Assembly: GCA_963662465.1 (NCBI GenBank)
Contig: OY759599.1
Span: 5,568,001-5,632,000 of the forward strand
Length of the DNA: 64,000 bases
Source: Desulfatiglandales bacterium
GTDB taxonomy: Bacteria > Desulfobacterota > DSM-4660 > Desulfatiglandales > Desulfatiglandaceae
Reading direction: 5' to 3'
The notes under the pieces are model-generated. The model saw only the letters and a list, made by a program, of their open reading frames with translations, made no database searches and was not told the origin of the DNA. Position 1 is the stretch's first letter. Each line of letters opens with the position of its first letter. Positions 19,539 through 30,071 of this stretch are shown one piece after another. The translations under genes and the position numbers were made by a program.

Positions 19539-19608
19539 CAGGGAATGAGGCAGAATGCATGAAGTACCTGGCTGGAAATGACTTAAATTTGAGCTGAAAC
19601 TTTCAAGA

Positions 19609-21375
19609 GTGGGGCTGGACAACCAGATTCTATTCCGTATGGACGAAGATCTTAAACTCGGAGATGTGCTGGACGGTAAATACCTGCTGGTGCGAAAACT
19701 TGGGGAGGGTGGATTTGGTTATGTCTATCTGGCCCAGGATACCCTGCTGAGCGAGCATTACGTTGCACTCAAATGCCTAAAAATCAATGATAGAGAAAAG
19801 GCGTCTTATTTCATCAGAGAAATGGACTTCCTCGCGACCCTCGCCGATCCTCATGTGGTGGGATTTTATCACCACTTCCAAAACAGGGACACTATTTTCC
19901 TGGTTATGGAATATTGTCCGGGCGGTTCTCTCCGCCGTCTATTGCAAACGGAAGGCAAGGTTAATCCGGAGAAAGCCACCGGTTGGGTCATTAAACTCTG
20001 CGACACACTCCAACGGGTACATGATCATGGCATCGTGCATCATGACCTGAAGCCGGAAAACCTCATTTTCAACCTTGATGGAACCCTCAAGATCGCGGAT
20101 TTTGGTGTCGCCAACACGAGGGGCGGCACTTATTCGTACATGTGCCCGGAACTCTTTCTCCCTGCCGAAAATGTCTCACGAACCGATGGGCGGGTGGATA
20201 TTTACGCGCTCGGCGTCACCCTGCTTGAATTGGTCACGGGGAAAAACCCCTTTTTCCATCTCTCCGAAGGCGACTTGCTCAACGCCAAAATACGCCTGGA
20301 TTTCGGTGACGTCCAATTACCCGAATGGCTCAAAGAAATCCTCCTCAAAGCGCTTCACCCAAAGCCCGAACTTCGCTTTCAAACCATGCGCGAATTCAAG
20401 GAAGCCATTGAATCGAGGCATGTTCCCTATGTCTTTGACCTTAAACGAATTCAGGCGCAGAAAGCAGCGCAGACTGCGGAATCGTATCTTTTAAGAAAGC
20501 GGTATCTCAAGGCCCTGAAGGTCAGCAATCAGGCGCTCAGCCAGGACCCCAATTGTGTTGGGGCTTTAATCACCGCTGGAAAATGCGAACTGCTCCTAAA
20601 AAGAGTTGAGCGCGCAGAGGCGTTTTTCGAGAAGGCGGTTAAACTCAATCCACGTGTAAACATACAGAAGCAACTTGGATGGATCTATCTGGAAAGGCAA
20701 CGTTTCCCCGAAGCCATATCCATGCTCTATGACCACCTTCAACGTGAAGCAGCCGATTACGAAGCCTACAATTTACTGGTAAAGGCGTTTTACGAAACAG
20801 GCCGGTATGAAGCAGCCATTGATCTGATAGAAATTATTCTGAAGGGCTACCGGGAAAACAACTGTTTTGAAAACAACCTCCTTCTTTGCTGCATTCTTTT
20901 CGGGAACTCTCCAGAGAGTTTGCCACTTTTTTGGGATAGAAAAAATCCATTTTTGATCTACAATTGGATTGTCTACAAAGAAAAACCCGCTGCCTGGGAT
21001 AGAGAAAACGGTAGACCCCTGAAGTCAAAGCTGATCTTTCAAGATTACAGGCATGGAAATGTCAGCAATCAGAAGCAAAATACGATCACCATCGAACAGG
21101 AAAATGGAGTAAGAAGTGAGTTTCAGAATCCCATCATCTGTTTGGGAAGAAATTCGGGAAATGATCTCGTTTCCAGCGAAATGAGTGTGAGTAGGCGGCA
21201 CTGCGTTATCATCAATTACCCAGAAGACGTTTGGCTGCACGATCTTGGCAGCACCCACGGCACCTACGTGGATGAACATCCTCTTGAGCAGCCCGCGTTT
21301 ATCGACCGGCGCTGCCGCCTTTCGATTGGGAACAGCGAATTAACGGTTTTGCCGAAGGAAGGGATATTGCTTTGA
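19609..21375 (+). CDS. Hanks-type Ser/Thr kinase with TPR repeats and a C-terminal FHA domain
   Basis: LGEGGFGYVY, VALK, HHDLKPEN, IADFG, GTYSYMCPE, DIYALG. TPR-like helices in the middle. FHA motif LGRNSGND...VSRRHC...DLGSTHGTYVD. The start may be ATG 19639. Confidence 0.92.
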   Translation: MGLDNQILFRMDEDLKLGDVLDGKYLLVRKLGEGGFGYVYLAQDTLLSEHYVALKCLKINDREKASYFIREMDFLATLADPHVVGFYHHFQNRDTIFLVMEYCPGGSLRRLLQTEGKVNPEKATGWVIKLCDTLQRVHDHGIVHHDLKPENLIFNLDGTLKIADFGVANTRGGTYSYMCPELFLPAENVSRTDGRVDIYALGVTLLELVTGKNPFFHLSEGDLLNAKIRLDFGDVQLPEWLKEILLKALHPKPELRFQTMREFKEAIESRHVPYVFDLKRIQAQKAAQTAESYLLRKRYLKALKVSNQALSQDPNCVGALITAGKCELLLKRVERAEAFFEKAVKLNPRVNIQKQLGWIYLERQRFPEAISMLYDHLQREAADYEAYNLLVKAFYETGRYEAAIDLIEIILKGYRENNCFENNLLLCCILFGNSPESLPLFWDRKNPFLIYNWIVYKEKPAAWDRENGRPLKSKLIFQDYRHGNVSNQKQNTITIEQENGVRSEFQNPIICLGRNSGNDLVSSEMSVSRRHCVIINYPEDVWLHDLGSTHGTYVDEHPLEQPAFIDRRCRLSIGNSELTVLPKEGILL

Positions 21376-21387
21376 GGGAGATGAATA

Positions 21388-21825
21388 ATGCCAAACCGAG
21401 TTGATTGTTTTCAGATGAGTTTATTTCAAAAAGATCCAAGGGATGTTGCAGATGAAATTGGACTGGATTGGTGGGCGGCAAAAAAACTCTATGACGACGC
21501 ATGGCTGAGTTTCGATCCTGAAACCAGTTTGATAAACAACTTTGGCATGGAAGCTGAGTTTGTTTTTCTGGGATCTTTGGTATCTGCCGGCTGCACACCG
21601 CGTATGCTGAATAGGTTATTGGACAAATTAGAGAAGCCTTATTGCTATGATATCCAAAAAATCTTTTATGATTGGTTTTCACAAACGTGGAAGGACCTGC
21701 CTTCTCAAGTGCCTTGCGAAGATACAGCTGAGAAAATCATTGGTGAATTTGAAACGCAAGGAGATATGGATTCCCTTCTGGAAATTCAAGAGATCATCGA
21801 GAAGCAAAAGAACAAGATCGGTTAA
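21388..21825 (+). CDS. Hypothetical protein downstream of the kinase
   Basis: 145-aa ORF with a GGGAG RBS, 12 nt after the kinase stop. Confidence 0.7.
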   Translation: MPNRVDCFQMSLFQKDPRDVADEIGLDWWAAKKLYDDAWLSFDPETSLINNFGMEAEFVFLGSLVSAGCTPRMLNRLLDKLEKPYCYDIQKIFYDWFSQTWKDLPSQVPCEDTAEKIIGEFETQGDMDSLLEIQEIIEKQKNKIG

Positions 21826-22004
21826 GAGAAATTGAAAGTTATGATGACGATAAGTTATACAAAGTTATTACGGATAGCAAAACGCAATATGCCCCTGCTA
21901 TCGCAGAACAGATTATAAAAAGTGAAAAAGATTTACCTCCAAAGGCCATTGCGCTGTTTGACAAGATATCCGCTATTTTGAAAATAGAGGAGGCTACCGC
22001 ATGA
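21825..22004 (+). pseudogene. Orphan C-terminal ~59 codons of a deleted gene, possibly an OLD-family nuclease (GajA-like)
   Basis: A startless open frame REIESYDDDKLYKVITDSKTQYAPAIAEQIIKSEKDLPPKAIALFDKISAILKIEEATA* ends in an ATGA overlap with the UvrD gene. Confidence 0.5.
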
Positions 22005-23839
22005 CAACCACAATTGAATTATCCGAAAAGCAGGAAAAAATTGTTTATGCTGAAAATGGCCCAATCTATGTAAAAGCTAGTGCCGGAAGTGGTAAAACAC
22101 GGGTTTTAACGGAAAGGGTGCGCCATTTACTGACTAAAACCAATAAAAAAGTTCTTGCTCTGACCTTTACTAATAAAGCGGGTGAGGAGATCAAGGAACG
22201 ATTAAATGATATCTCTGAAATAGAGAAGCGTGTTTTCGTGGGAACTTTTCATAGTTTTTGCCAGACCATGCTGGAAAATCACGGCAAATTGATTGGTCTG
22301 GTGAAAATGCCTCATATCTTTGAAGATGAAATAGACAGATTGGAATTGGTTGGGCAGGCGATAAATCAGACGCCATCCTATGCCGGAAAATACAAAACAC
22401 AGGATGAAAAAGAGAAAAAAGAATTCCGCTATCGTGTTTTGAATTTTGTTTCAGAAATGAAACGGAAGTTGATTGCCGACAATGAACTCGGGAAATATAC
22501 CGATGATGAAGATCTCGTGTTGGTGTATCAAAACTATCAGGATATTTTGCATGCCCAAAATGCAATAGACTTTGATGACTTACTGTTGCTCGCTTATAGT
22601 TTACTGGTGAATTATCTCAAAACAGCCGCTTTGTATCGCCGTAGTTTCTTTGCTATTTGCATCGATGAAGCACAGGACTTGAATCATGCTCAATATCAAT
22701 TTTTGCTTGCTTTGACGAATGGTGAATTTACCAATATCATGATGGTGGGTGATCCCAATCAATCCATTTACCACTTTAACGGGTCCTCCCCGGACTATAT
22801 GGATAAAGCGTTTGTTAATGACTTTAAGCCTGTTGTTGTGGAATTGAATGAAAATTTCCGTTCATCAAAAGCCGTATTGTCATCCGCAAAAAAAGTTGTC
22901 CCTGATGCGGAATATGTTGCGGAAACGGTTAAGGAGGGGATTTTTGAGATAAATGGTTTTAAAGACGAAGAAGCTGAATCGCAATGGGTTGTTGACAAAA
23001 TTAAGAAATTAATTGCTTTAAAAAAACATAAAGATATTGAAGGTAAAATTGCCTATGAAAAAATGGTGGTGCTTGCAAGAAACAAATACATCTTTAAACA
23101 ATTAGAGGCTCGATTAGAAGAGAATGATTTGCCGTATTACTACAAAATGACACCGGGTGCGGTTCAGTTTGAATCTGATTTAATGAAAATATTCGACCTT
23201 GCGTTAAGAGTAAGGTTAAATCCTCAAGATAGCCTGCATAAACAACGATTGTTAAGCCGTTTAAAAATAGAATCAACCGAAAATATGAGCCTGGAAGATG
23301 TGATTTCACAGGTATCGAATGATTTGAATAAAGCTCTCATCACACTGGTCATGGAATTAAGTGATGATGGAAGTAACCTGAAACAGGTGTTGGAAAAATT
23401 CAAGGGCAAACTGAGGATTGAAGATGAAAACGAAAAACATATGGTTATCAATGATATTGATGAATTTATTAAACACTGGCTTAATTACGCTAAGAAAACA
23501 GATAGCAAGTCACTGCATCAATTTAAAAATGCCATGGCTTTGGGACAAACGCATCCATTAGCACAACATTCCGGCATCACATTGAGTACGGTACACACGA
23601 TGAAAGGTCAGGAATTTGATATTGTCTTTGTTATTGGTATGGATCATGAGACTTTCCCTGATTATCGAGCTGTTCGAACCGGGGGTATTGAGATGACACA
23701 GGAAAAAAACAATCTGTATGTTGCTTTTACCCGCGCAAAACGCTTTTTGTATGTCACCTGGCCACAAAAAAGGAAGATGCCATGGAGCGATTATAAAACC
23801 CGGAGAATTTCACAATTTCTAGGAGTTTTCAAGGACTAA
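22001..23839 (+). CDS. UvrD/PcrA-like helicase (GajB-like size and context)
   Basis: ASAGSGKT, ALTFTNKA, GTFHSFC, IDEAQD, VGDPNQSIY, ENFRS, STVHTMKGQEFD, LYVAFTRAK; 612 aa. Confidence 0.9.
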   Translation: MTTTIELSEKQEKIVYAENGPIYVKASAGSGKTRVLTERVRHLLTKTNKKVLALTFTNKAGEEIKERLNDISEIEKRVFVGTFHSFCQTMLENHGKLIGLVKMPHIFEDEIDRLELVGQAINQTPSYAGKYKTQDEKEKKEFRYRVLNFVSEMKRKLIADNELGKYTDDEDLVLVYQNYQDILHAQNAIDFDDLLLLAYSLLVNYLKTAALYRRSFFAICIDEAQDLNHAQYQFLLALTNGEFTNIMMVGDPNQSIYHFNGSSPDYMDKAFVNDFKPVVVELNENFRSSKAVLSSAKKVVPDAEYVAETVKEGIFEINGFKDEEAESQWVVDKIKKLIALKKHKDIEGKIAYEKMVVLARNKYIFKQLEARLEENDLPYYYKMTPGAVQFESDLMKIFDLALRVRLNPQDSLHKQRLLSRLKIESTENMSLEDVISQVSNDLNKALITLVMELSDDGSNLKQVLEKFKGKLRIEDENEKHMVINDIDEFIKHWLNYAKKTDSKSLHQFKNAMALGQTHPLAQHSGITLSTVHTMKGQEFDIVFVIGMDHETFPDYRAVRTGGIEMTQEKNNLYVAFTRAKRFLYVTWPQKRKMPWSDYKTRRISQFLGVFKD

Positions 23840-23901
23840 AATGGTATTTTTCAAAAAACGCCAAATATGAAGAGTTAGGTTAAGAAAATGGGAGTTTCAG
23901 A

Positions 23902-25059
23902 ATGAAAAAGCCGTTTGTCTTTCAGAATCTCGTCGCGCTTTGTAGACTCACCCATGAGGGAGTGAGGGATCAGGCCGCCCGAACTGTGGATGGGTATCTG
24001 GTTGTTCGCAACTGGCTTTTCGGTTGGTATATGGTGGAGTATGAGCAGAGCGGTGCGGATCGGGCTCAGTATGGAACTGCCACCCTGAAACAGCTTTCTG
24101 AGGCTCTGAAAAGCAGTATCGGTCGCGGATTCTCTGTGGACTCCCTCGAACGTATGCGGCGATTTTACATGACCTACAAGTACTTTCTCCCACAATCGAC
24201 CATGTCCGAGACAGCGTCTCGGATTTTGGGTTGGGAGATTTCCGAGACAGCGTCTCGGATTTCTAAAAGACTGGCGGAAGGATCTCTTCCTTTTTCAGAA
24301 GTTGTGTGCGCTGAACTTCTCCAACAGATCAAGCTTAGTTGGTCCCACTACGTTGTGTTGCTCACCATCGACAATCCCGACGAACGCCGGTTCTACGAAA
24401 TCGAGGCGACTGAAAACAGATGGAGTGTCCGTGAATTTGAGCGTCAGCTCTCTAGTTCCCTCTATGAACGGCTGGCCCTGAGCCGGAACATGGAGGAGGT
24501 TCGACGCCTTTCAGAGGAGGGCTATGTGGTGGAAAAAGCCGCAGACCTCATCAAAAACCCCTTTGTTCTGGAGTTTCTCGGTCTAGCGGAAAAACCTGCT
24601 TACTCGGAAAACGAATTGGAATCGGCCATTATTGACCGGCTGGAGACTTTCCTGCTCGAACTCGGCAAGGGATTTCTCTTCGAGGCGCGCCAGAAGCGAT
24701 TTACGCTTGATAACGATCACTTTTATGTGGATCTGGTCTTCTACAACCGGCTGCTGCGTTGTTATGTGCTTATTGACCTCAAGCGCGATAAGCTGACCCA
24801 TCAGGATCTGGGCCAGATGCAGATGTACGTAAACTACTTCGACCGCCATGTAAAGCTGGAGGACGAACTTCCTACCGTTGGCATTGTACTCTGCCGTCGC
24901 AAGAGTGATGCATTGGTCGAACTCACCCTACCCAGAAATGCCAATATCTTTGCCTCGAAGTACCAGCTCTATCTCCCGTCGAAACAGGAACTAAAGGCGC
25001 AGGTGGAAAAAGTTCAGGCTGAAATGGAACAAGGGGCCGTGAGGCCTATGGAATATTAA
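23902..25059 (+). CDS. yhcG: Second YhcG/DUF1016 PD-(D/E)XK protein
   Basis: RNWLFGWYMVEYEQ, GRGFS, LSWSHY, KNPFVLEFLGL, FLLELGKGF, DLVFYNRLLRCYVLIDLK, GQMQMYVNY. Confidence 0.92.
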   Translation: MKKPFVFQNLVALCRLTHEGVRDQAARTVDGYLVVRNWLFGWYMVEYEQSGADRAQYGTATLKQLSEALKSSIGRGFSVDSLERMRRFYMTYKYFLPQSTMSETASRILGWEISETASRISKRLAEGSLPFSEVVCAELLQQIKLSWSHYVVLLTIDNPDERRFYEIEATENRWSVREFERQLSSSLYERLALSRNMEEVRRLSEEGYVVEKAADLIKNPFVLEFLGLAEKPAYSENELESAIIDRLETFLLELGKGFLFEARQKRFTLDNDHFYVDLVFYNRLLRCYVLIDLKRDKLTHQDLGQMQMYVNYFDRHVKLEDELPTVGIVLCRRKSDALVELTLPRNANIFASKYQLYLPSKQELKAQVEKVQAEMEQGAVRPMEY

Positions 25060-25080
25060 AAAGGGATGGGTTTCGGCAAC

Positions 25081-25165
25081 GTAGTAGGGTCGGACAATGG
25101 TAAATGTTTGAGCAACCGTTCCAAAAGTTCAAAAATATCCTCATTTTCGGGTTTAGCGGCTGATG
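25081..25165. repeat. Isolated left end of the IR-bounded element at 34814-35112
   Basis: GTAGTAGGGTCGGACAATGGTAAATGTTTG...AAAAGTTCAAAAAT..CCTCATTTTCG.GTTTAG aligns with 34808-34890. It is followed (25163-25225) by a degenerate copy of the yhcG segment 24817-24875. Confidence 0.7.
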
Positions 25166-25283
25166 CAGATGCACGTGAATTATACTTCGACCGCTATGTA
25201 AAGCTGAAGAACACACTGCCCACTGAAGGACTGATTTAGAGAATGCCATTGTTTCAACCGATGGCGCGAATAAGGGTTAAACA

Positions 25284-26474
25284 ATGAAAATTGAATACCT
25301 GCGAATTAAAAATTTCAAGGCATTCCGTGATATTGAAATGAAATATATCCCCGGTTTCTGCGTCGTTGTCGGTGCAAATGGCACAGGGAAATCCACGTTG
25401 TTTGATGTGTTCGGGTTCTTAAAAGACTGTTTGACTTACAACGTAACGCGTGCCTTTCAAAGCCGTGGCGGTTTTAAAGAAGTTGTTTCCCGAGGGCATG
25501 AAACTGAAAATATTGTCATCGAGCTGCAATTCCGAATGCTCATAACAAATGCTGAACGATTGGTTACCTATCATATCGAAATTGGAACCAAAAAAGGACG
25601 TTCGGTGGTGGAGAGGGAAATCCTCAGTTACAAGCGCGGCGCATTCGGCTCGCCATATCACTTTCTGGATTTCAGGTTTGGAGAAGGCTATGCCATTACC
25701 AACGAAGAAGATTTTGACAAGACGGAAGAAGAACTCCAACGGGAAACCCAGAAACTGGATTCGGAAAATGTTCTGGCAATTAAAGGGCTGGGACAATTTG
25801 AGCGGTTCAAAGCCGCCAGCGCTTTTCGGCAGTTGATCGAAAACTGGTATGTTTCCGATTTTCATATTAATATGGCGCGCGGCAGCAAGGACGCGGCAGG
25901 CCTTGATGACCATCTTTCCGTCAGCGGCGACAATCTTCAATTGGTGGCCAACAATCTCTTTGAGAATTACCCCGATGTTTTTGAGGGGATTATCAAAAGA
26001 ATGACCGAACGTGTGCCGGGGGTCACTGAAATCAAACCCATATCAAGCCCTGACGGCAGGCTGCTCCTGGGTTTCAAGGATGGTTCATTCAAGGACCCGT
26101 TTATCGACAGATATGTCAGTGACGGCACTATCAAGATGTTTGCTTATCTTGTGCTGCTCAATGACCCTGACCTCCATTCGCTGCTGTGTGTGGAGGAACC
26201 GGAAAACCAGTTGTACCCGAAACTGCTTTGGGAGCTGGCCGAAGAGTTCCGTGATTATGCTGTTCGCGGCGGCCAGGTTTTTGTTTCCACCCATTCCCCG
26301 GATTTTTTAAATGCCACGGAGCTGGACGAGGTTTTCTGGCTGGTCAAGCGGGATGGGTTTGCCGACATTGTACGGGCGCGGGACAACGAGCAGGTTGCGT
26401 CATTCATGGCCGATGGGGATCAAATGGGGTATCTTTGGGATCATGGTTTTTTTGAGGGAGCGGATCCGGAATGA
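25284..26474 (+). CDS. ABC-type/AAA_21 ATPase paired with DUF4276
   Basis: GANGTGKS, VSDGTIKM, CVEEPENQLYP, STHSPDFL. Confidence 0.9.
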   Translation: MKIEYLRIKNFKAFRDIEMKYIPGFCVVVGANGTGKSTLFDVFGFLKDCLTYNVTRAFQSRGGFKEVVSRGHETENIVIELQFRMLITNAERLVTYHIEIGTKKGRSVVEREILSYKRGAFGSPYHFLDFRFGEGYAITNEEDFDKTEEELQRETQKLDSENVLAIKGLGQFERFKAASAFRQLIENWYVSDFHINMARGSKDAAGLDDHLSVSGDNLQLVANNLFENYPDVFEGIIKRMTERVPGVTEIKPISSPDGRLLLGFKDGSFKDPFIDRYVSDGTIKMFAYLVLLNDPDLHSLLCVEEPENQLYPKLLWELAEEFRDYAVRGGQVFVSTHSPDFLNATELDEVFWLVKRDGFADIVRARDNEQVASFMADGDQMGYLWDHGFFEGADPE

Positions 26475-27031
26475 GAACCATTGTTTTCGCCCTTGAGGAA
26501 CCGTCCGCCTAAGAGATGTTAAAAGGCATTCTGCCAAAATTGCTGCCCAGTGATATGGTGCCGCGATTTATGGTGTTTAAAGGGAAAAGTGATCTCGAAA
26601 AGCGACTCCCGGTTTATCTTCGGAACTGGAAAATTCCGTGTATCAAATTCGTTGTTATCCGGGATCAGGATTCAGCCGACTGTCAAGAGGTGAAAAGCAA
26701 ACTTCTTGAACTGTGCAGGAATGCAGGAAAGCAGGAAACGCTGGTTCGAGTGGCCTGCCACGAACTCGAAAGCTTCTATCTCGGTGATTTGTCGGCTGTT
26801 GAAAACGGACTGGGATTAAAAGGGCTTGCCCGAAAACAAAACTCAAGGAAGTTTCGCGATCCCGATCATCTTGCCAATCCAGCTCAAGAACTCAAGCGGT
26901 TAACAAGAGAAAAATACCAGAAAGTGTCGGGATCGCGGGCCATTGGCCCGCATCTGATGCTTGAAGGAAATCGTTCAAAAAGTTTTCGGGCGCTCATTTC
27001 AGGTTTGAAGCGCCTGTTGGAAAATGAATAA
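26471..27031 (+). pseudogene. DUF4276 (TOPRIM-like) protein with an in-frame nonsense codon at 26510-26512
   Basis: ATG 26471 overlaps the ATPase stop. It reads MRTIVFALEEPSA*EMLKGILPKLL...GKSDLEK...IRDQDSADC...HELESFYLGD...NRSKSF. A restart at 26516 would lose the EEPS acidic motif. Confidence 0.82.
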
Positions 27032-27160
27032 TGTAAATCCAAAATCCTGGGACGCCTTAATTTACCTTTGGGAGTATGTATTCCTGAATTGAGTAAGGTG
27101 TTCCCGGACTTGCCTTTAGGGAAAGCAAGATCTTCAGAAGTCAATTCGAGAGGAGGCAGC

Positions 27161-28801
27161 ATGATGAGTACGCTATGGCCGAAAGAACTGCCTCGACATA
27201 CAGATTCAGGGGCTGAAAAGAAGGTTTATGAGGCCCTGAAAACAGGGCTTCCCAAAGGTTGGCATGCCTGGCATTCCTTGCGGTTGCGAAGCCGCATAAC
27301 GGGGCAACCCGATGAGACGGATTTTGTTATTGCGGATCCTTCCAAACCATCGCTTCTCATCCTGGAAATCAAGGGAGGGCTCATCGAAGTCTCAGACGGG
27401 CATTGGCTTCAAAATGGCCATGTCATGGACTCTCCTCCACTCAATCAAGCTTATGATTTTCGCTCCCTCCTGATTGACCGGTTTAGGGATCGAAAGATCA
27501 ATCCTCCCAAAATGGGCTGCGCAGTATGTTTTCCAGATGTGATGTTTGAAGAAGGTCCTTCAGGAGACGATCTCAGGGGCGTGGTTATTGGAGAAAATGA
27601 ACTTCCCTATCTCGAAGACATTCTGCCGACCGTTATGGCGCAGGCTGTGCCAAATCCATGGTCCACGGGCAATAATAGATGGCTCCACACTCTTCATGAA
27701 TTTTGGGGCGAAACGTGGGTCCCGGATATATGCCTGGGGAGCCGGGTCCAGTTGGATGAGGAAAAGCGCCTTCAACTGGACCACCAGCAGGTACATATTA
27801 TGGAAAGCCTGGAACAAAACGATCGTTTGCTCATTCAGGGATCCGCCGGCACCGGAAAAACGCTTTTGGCCATGAACACGGCGCAGCGGGAATCGGATGA
27901 AGGGAAGCGGGTCTTGCTGCTTTGTTTTACCGAAGCCCTGGCGGCTTTTTTAAGAGAGTGTCTGAAGGATTCAAAGGTCGAGGTGGGCGCAGTAAGGCAT
28001 TTTGCAAAACATCTTCTGGGGGAAAAAGCGCCGAGAGAATTGCTGGGGCAAACTTCCGACTATTGGGAAGAGGTGAGTTTGAGGGCAGCGATGGATGCTG
28101 TTCCTCCGGAAAAAGAGCTTTGGGAAACCGTTATTGTGGACGAAGGCCAGGATTTCAGTGGAAACGATTGGGAGCTGGCCCGGGAATGTGTCCACCCGCA
28201 GGGAAAGCTCTGGGTTTTTGCGGATCAGGAACAGGCTTTCTGGCCCGATCGGGGATTGAGCAACGAAGCGATGCAGGGATTCATGAAATACAATCTCAAG
28301 AAGCCCTACCGGTGCCATCCGGCCATTCAACATCTGGATGAATGCTATTCAGGAATTTGCAATCCAGATCATCTATTGCTTCAAAGAAGCGTCAAAGAAG
28401 GCGTTATTCGAATCATCACCAGCTCCGAGACACGTTTGACCAAACAAATAGGCAAGGAGATCCATCGTCTTTTGAGCGGTGGCCTCAAACCCGATGATAT
28501 TGTGGTGTTGTCTCTTCGGGGCAGAGGTTCCAAAGAAGGCATTACCCACATGAAAGAAATAGCCGGCCACCCAGTATTTCTTGCTACCGATCCAGCGGCC
28601 GGGGAAAACATCATTTGCGACACGTTCCTTCGCTTTAAGGGGCTGGAACGTCCGGCGGTTATTGTTACCGATTTTCGGCTGGTCTCGGATCTTTATGAGA
28701 AGCGGATGCATATTGCCGTATCCCGTGCGCTGAGCCTCCTTCGAATTGTGGGTTTGGAAAGTGAGATTCGAAAAGATGAGCGACTTGCGGGGTTGATTTG
28801 A
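27161..28801 (+). CDS. NERD nuclease fused to an SF1 (UvrD-like) helicase
   Basis: AGGAGG RBS before ATG 27161. NERD motif AEKKVYEAL...ETDFVI...LEIKGG. Helicase motifs GSAGTGKT, VDEGQDF, FKGLERPAV, IAVSRA. Confidence 0.88.
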   Translation: MMSTLWPKELPRHTDSGAEKKVYEALKTGLPKGWHAWHSLRLRSRITGQPDETDFVIADPSKPSLLILEIKGGLIEVSDGHWLQNGHVMDSPPLNQAYDFRSLLIDRFRDRKINPPKMGCAVCFPDVMFEEGPSGDDLRGVVIGENELPYLEDILPTVMAQAVPNPWSTGNNRWLHTLHEFWGETWVPDICLGSRVQLDEEKRLQLDHQQVHIMESLEQNDRLLIQGSAGTGKTLLAMNTAQRESDEGKRVLLLCFTEALAAFLRECLKDSKVEVGAVRHFAKHLLGEKAPRELLGQTSDYWEEVSLRAAMDAVPPEKELWETVIVDEGQDFSGNDWELARECVHPQGKLWVFADQEQAFWPDRGLSNEAMQGFMKYNLKKPYRCHPAIQHLDECYSGICNPDHLLLQRSVKEGVIRIITSSETRLTKQIGKEIHRLLSGGLKPDDIVVLSLRGRGSKEGITHMKEIAGHPVFLATDPAAGENIICDTFLRFKGLERPAVIVTDFRLVSDLYEKRMHIAVSRALSLLRIVGLESEIRKDERLAGLI

Positions 28802-28952
28802 CTTGTCCATTTTTTGAAATCAAAAAAGTTGGCGTTTACTTCAAAAAAAATTACAGCTTGTGACCGGATATGTCAAACACCTGTGTTATGGTTTCCCACA
28901 AGAAAGCTTGGAAGCTTTTGGAAATGGAACCATTTCTTATTGGGAGGGCAAA

Positions 28953-29270
28953 ATGGACTGGGATGATGAATTTGATGATGGGTATGATGAAATAGGCAAT
29001 TCATCACAGCGGCATGGGATCATACAGGATCAGGAAACCAACAGCGGTTTAGATCCAGTTAACATTACCAATCCATCCAGTGCATATTTTTTTCTAAGCG
29101 ATGATGCTCAGGATGAGATCAGCGGGGGAAAAGGGAAGAACATGAAATGCCGGTCCTGCGGCTATAGATTTACGGGTGAGTTCTATGAAAGTTGCCCGGA
29201 ATGTTACAGTGTCAATACCGAAGAACTCGAAAAAGAGAACGATGAGGTGTGGCGTGATGAAAATTTCTAA
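28953..29270 (+). CDS. Small acidic protein with one Zn ribbon
   Basis: GGAGG RBS; MDWDDEFDDGYDE...SAYFFLSDDAQDEI...CRSCG...CPEC. Confidence 0.75.
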   Translation: MDWDDEFDDGYDEIGNSSQRHGIIQDQETNSGLDPVNITNPSSAYFFLSDDAQDEISGGKGKNMKCRSCGYRFTGEFYESCPECYSVNTEELEKENDEVWRDENF

Positions 29271-29336
29271 ATGAATTTTCTGACAATATATTCTCAAGCT
29301 GAAACTTGGTAACGAGACAGAAACAAAGAGGTTATT

Positions 29337-30071
29337 ATGAGAGAAAAATTTAGTATCCCTGGTTTCAAGCTAGACCTTACGCCTCCGCAGCATATTTTCG
29401 CCAAAGCTCTAAAAAAAAACGGGTTCAAATTTGATATGCTTAGAGGCAGCGCGGCTACAGTTAAATTAGTGAAGGAGCGCAAATATGGGTACATAAACAA
29501 TGATGTTACCCGGCATGGTGGAGTTGTCGGATTTACTTTTCCCCCTCAGTACATAGACGCATCTCCCTTCAGCACTGAGGAGAAAACAATAGAATGGTTT
29601 GTGTCGAAATATCCTGCCTCAAAAGAAAAGGTTAAAACGTACCGTATTTCTAAAGGCATTTACCTTTTCATTCTTGATGTTGATTTAGCCCTCAAGGTCT
29701 GTGGTGTGACCAGTAAAACAGCGATAAGAATTTCTGGTGAGAAGCTCAAAGGTGGTAACTATAAACAAGTCCAGGCTAAAAGTATCAAGTGTTTTCAAAA
29801 AAATGGTGAAGAAGAAGGGGGCGCCATTGTCGGATACCGTGAAGAAGATCTGGATAAAATGCATACCTATCATGATGCCATTAAGGATGTTTTTGGTGCA
29901 TTTGCTCTTTATCCTGGTGAAAAGACACTTGTATTTCCGCCTCACCGTTACAAAAGTCTCTCGCAGGGCGTGGGGGCAGTGGCACTCAAACCGGTTTCGG
30001 GCAACAAAGCAAGGCCTGAACATATAGAAATTCTGAAAAAAATCATCGATGCCTTTCTTGAAACGGCATGA
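29337..30071 (+). CDS. Probably chimeric ORF whose C-terminal ~75 aa resemble the end of a DUF2357/McrC-like PD-(D/E)XK protein
   Basis: YREEDLDKMHTYHDAI...AFALYPG...GVGAVALKP is a DUF2357-type tail. The N-terminal part is unrecognised, and the gene is absent from the second copy of the region. Confidence 0.5.
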   Translation: MREKFSIPGFKLDLTPPQHIFAKALKKNGFKFDMLRGSAATVKLVKERKYGYINNDVTRHGGVVGFTFPPQYIDASPFSTEEKTIEWFVSKYPASKEKVKTYRISKGIYLFILDVDLALKVCGVTSKTAIRISGEKLKGGNYKQVQAKSIKCFQKNGEEEGGAIVGYREEDLDKMHTYHDAIKDVFGAFALYPGEKTLVFPPHRYKSLSQGVGAVALKPVSGNKARPEHIEILKKIIDAFLETA

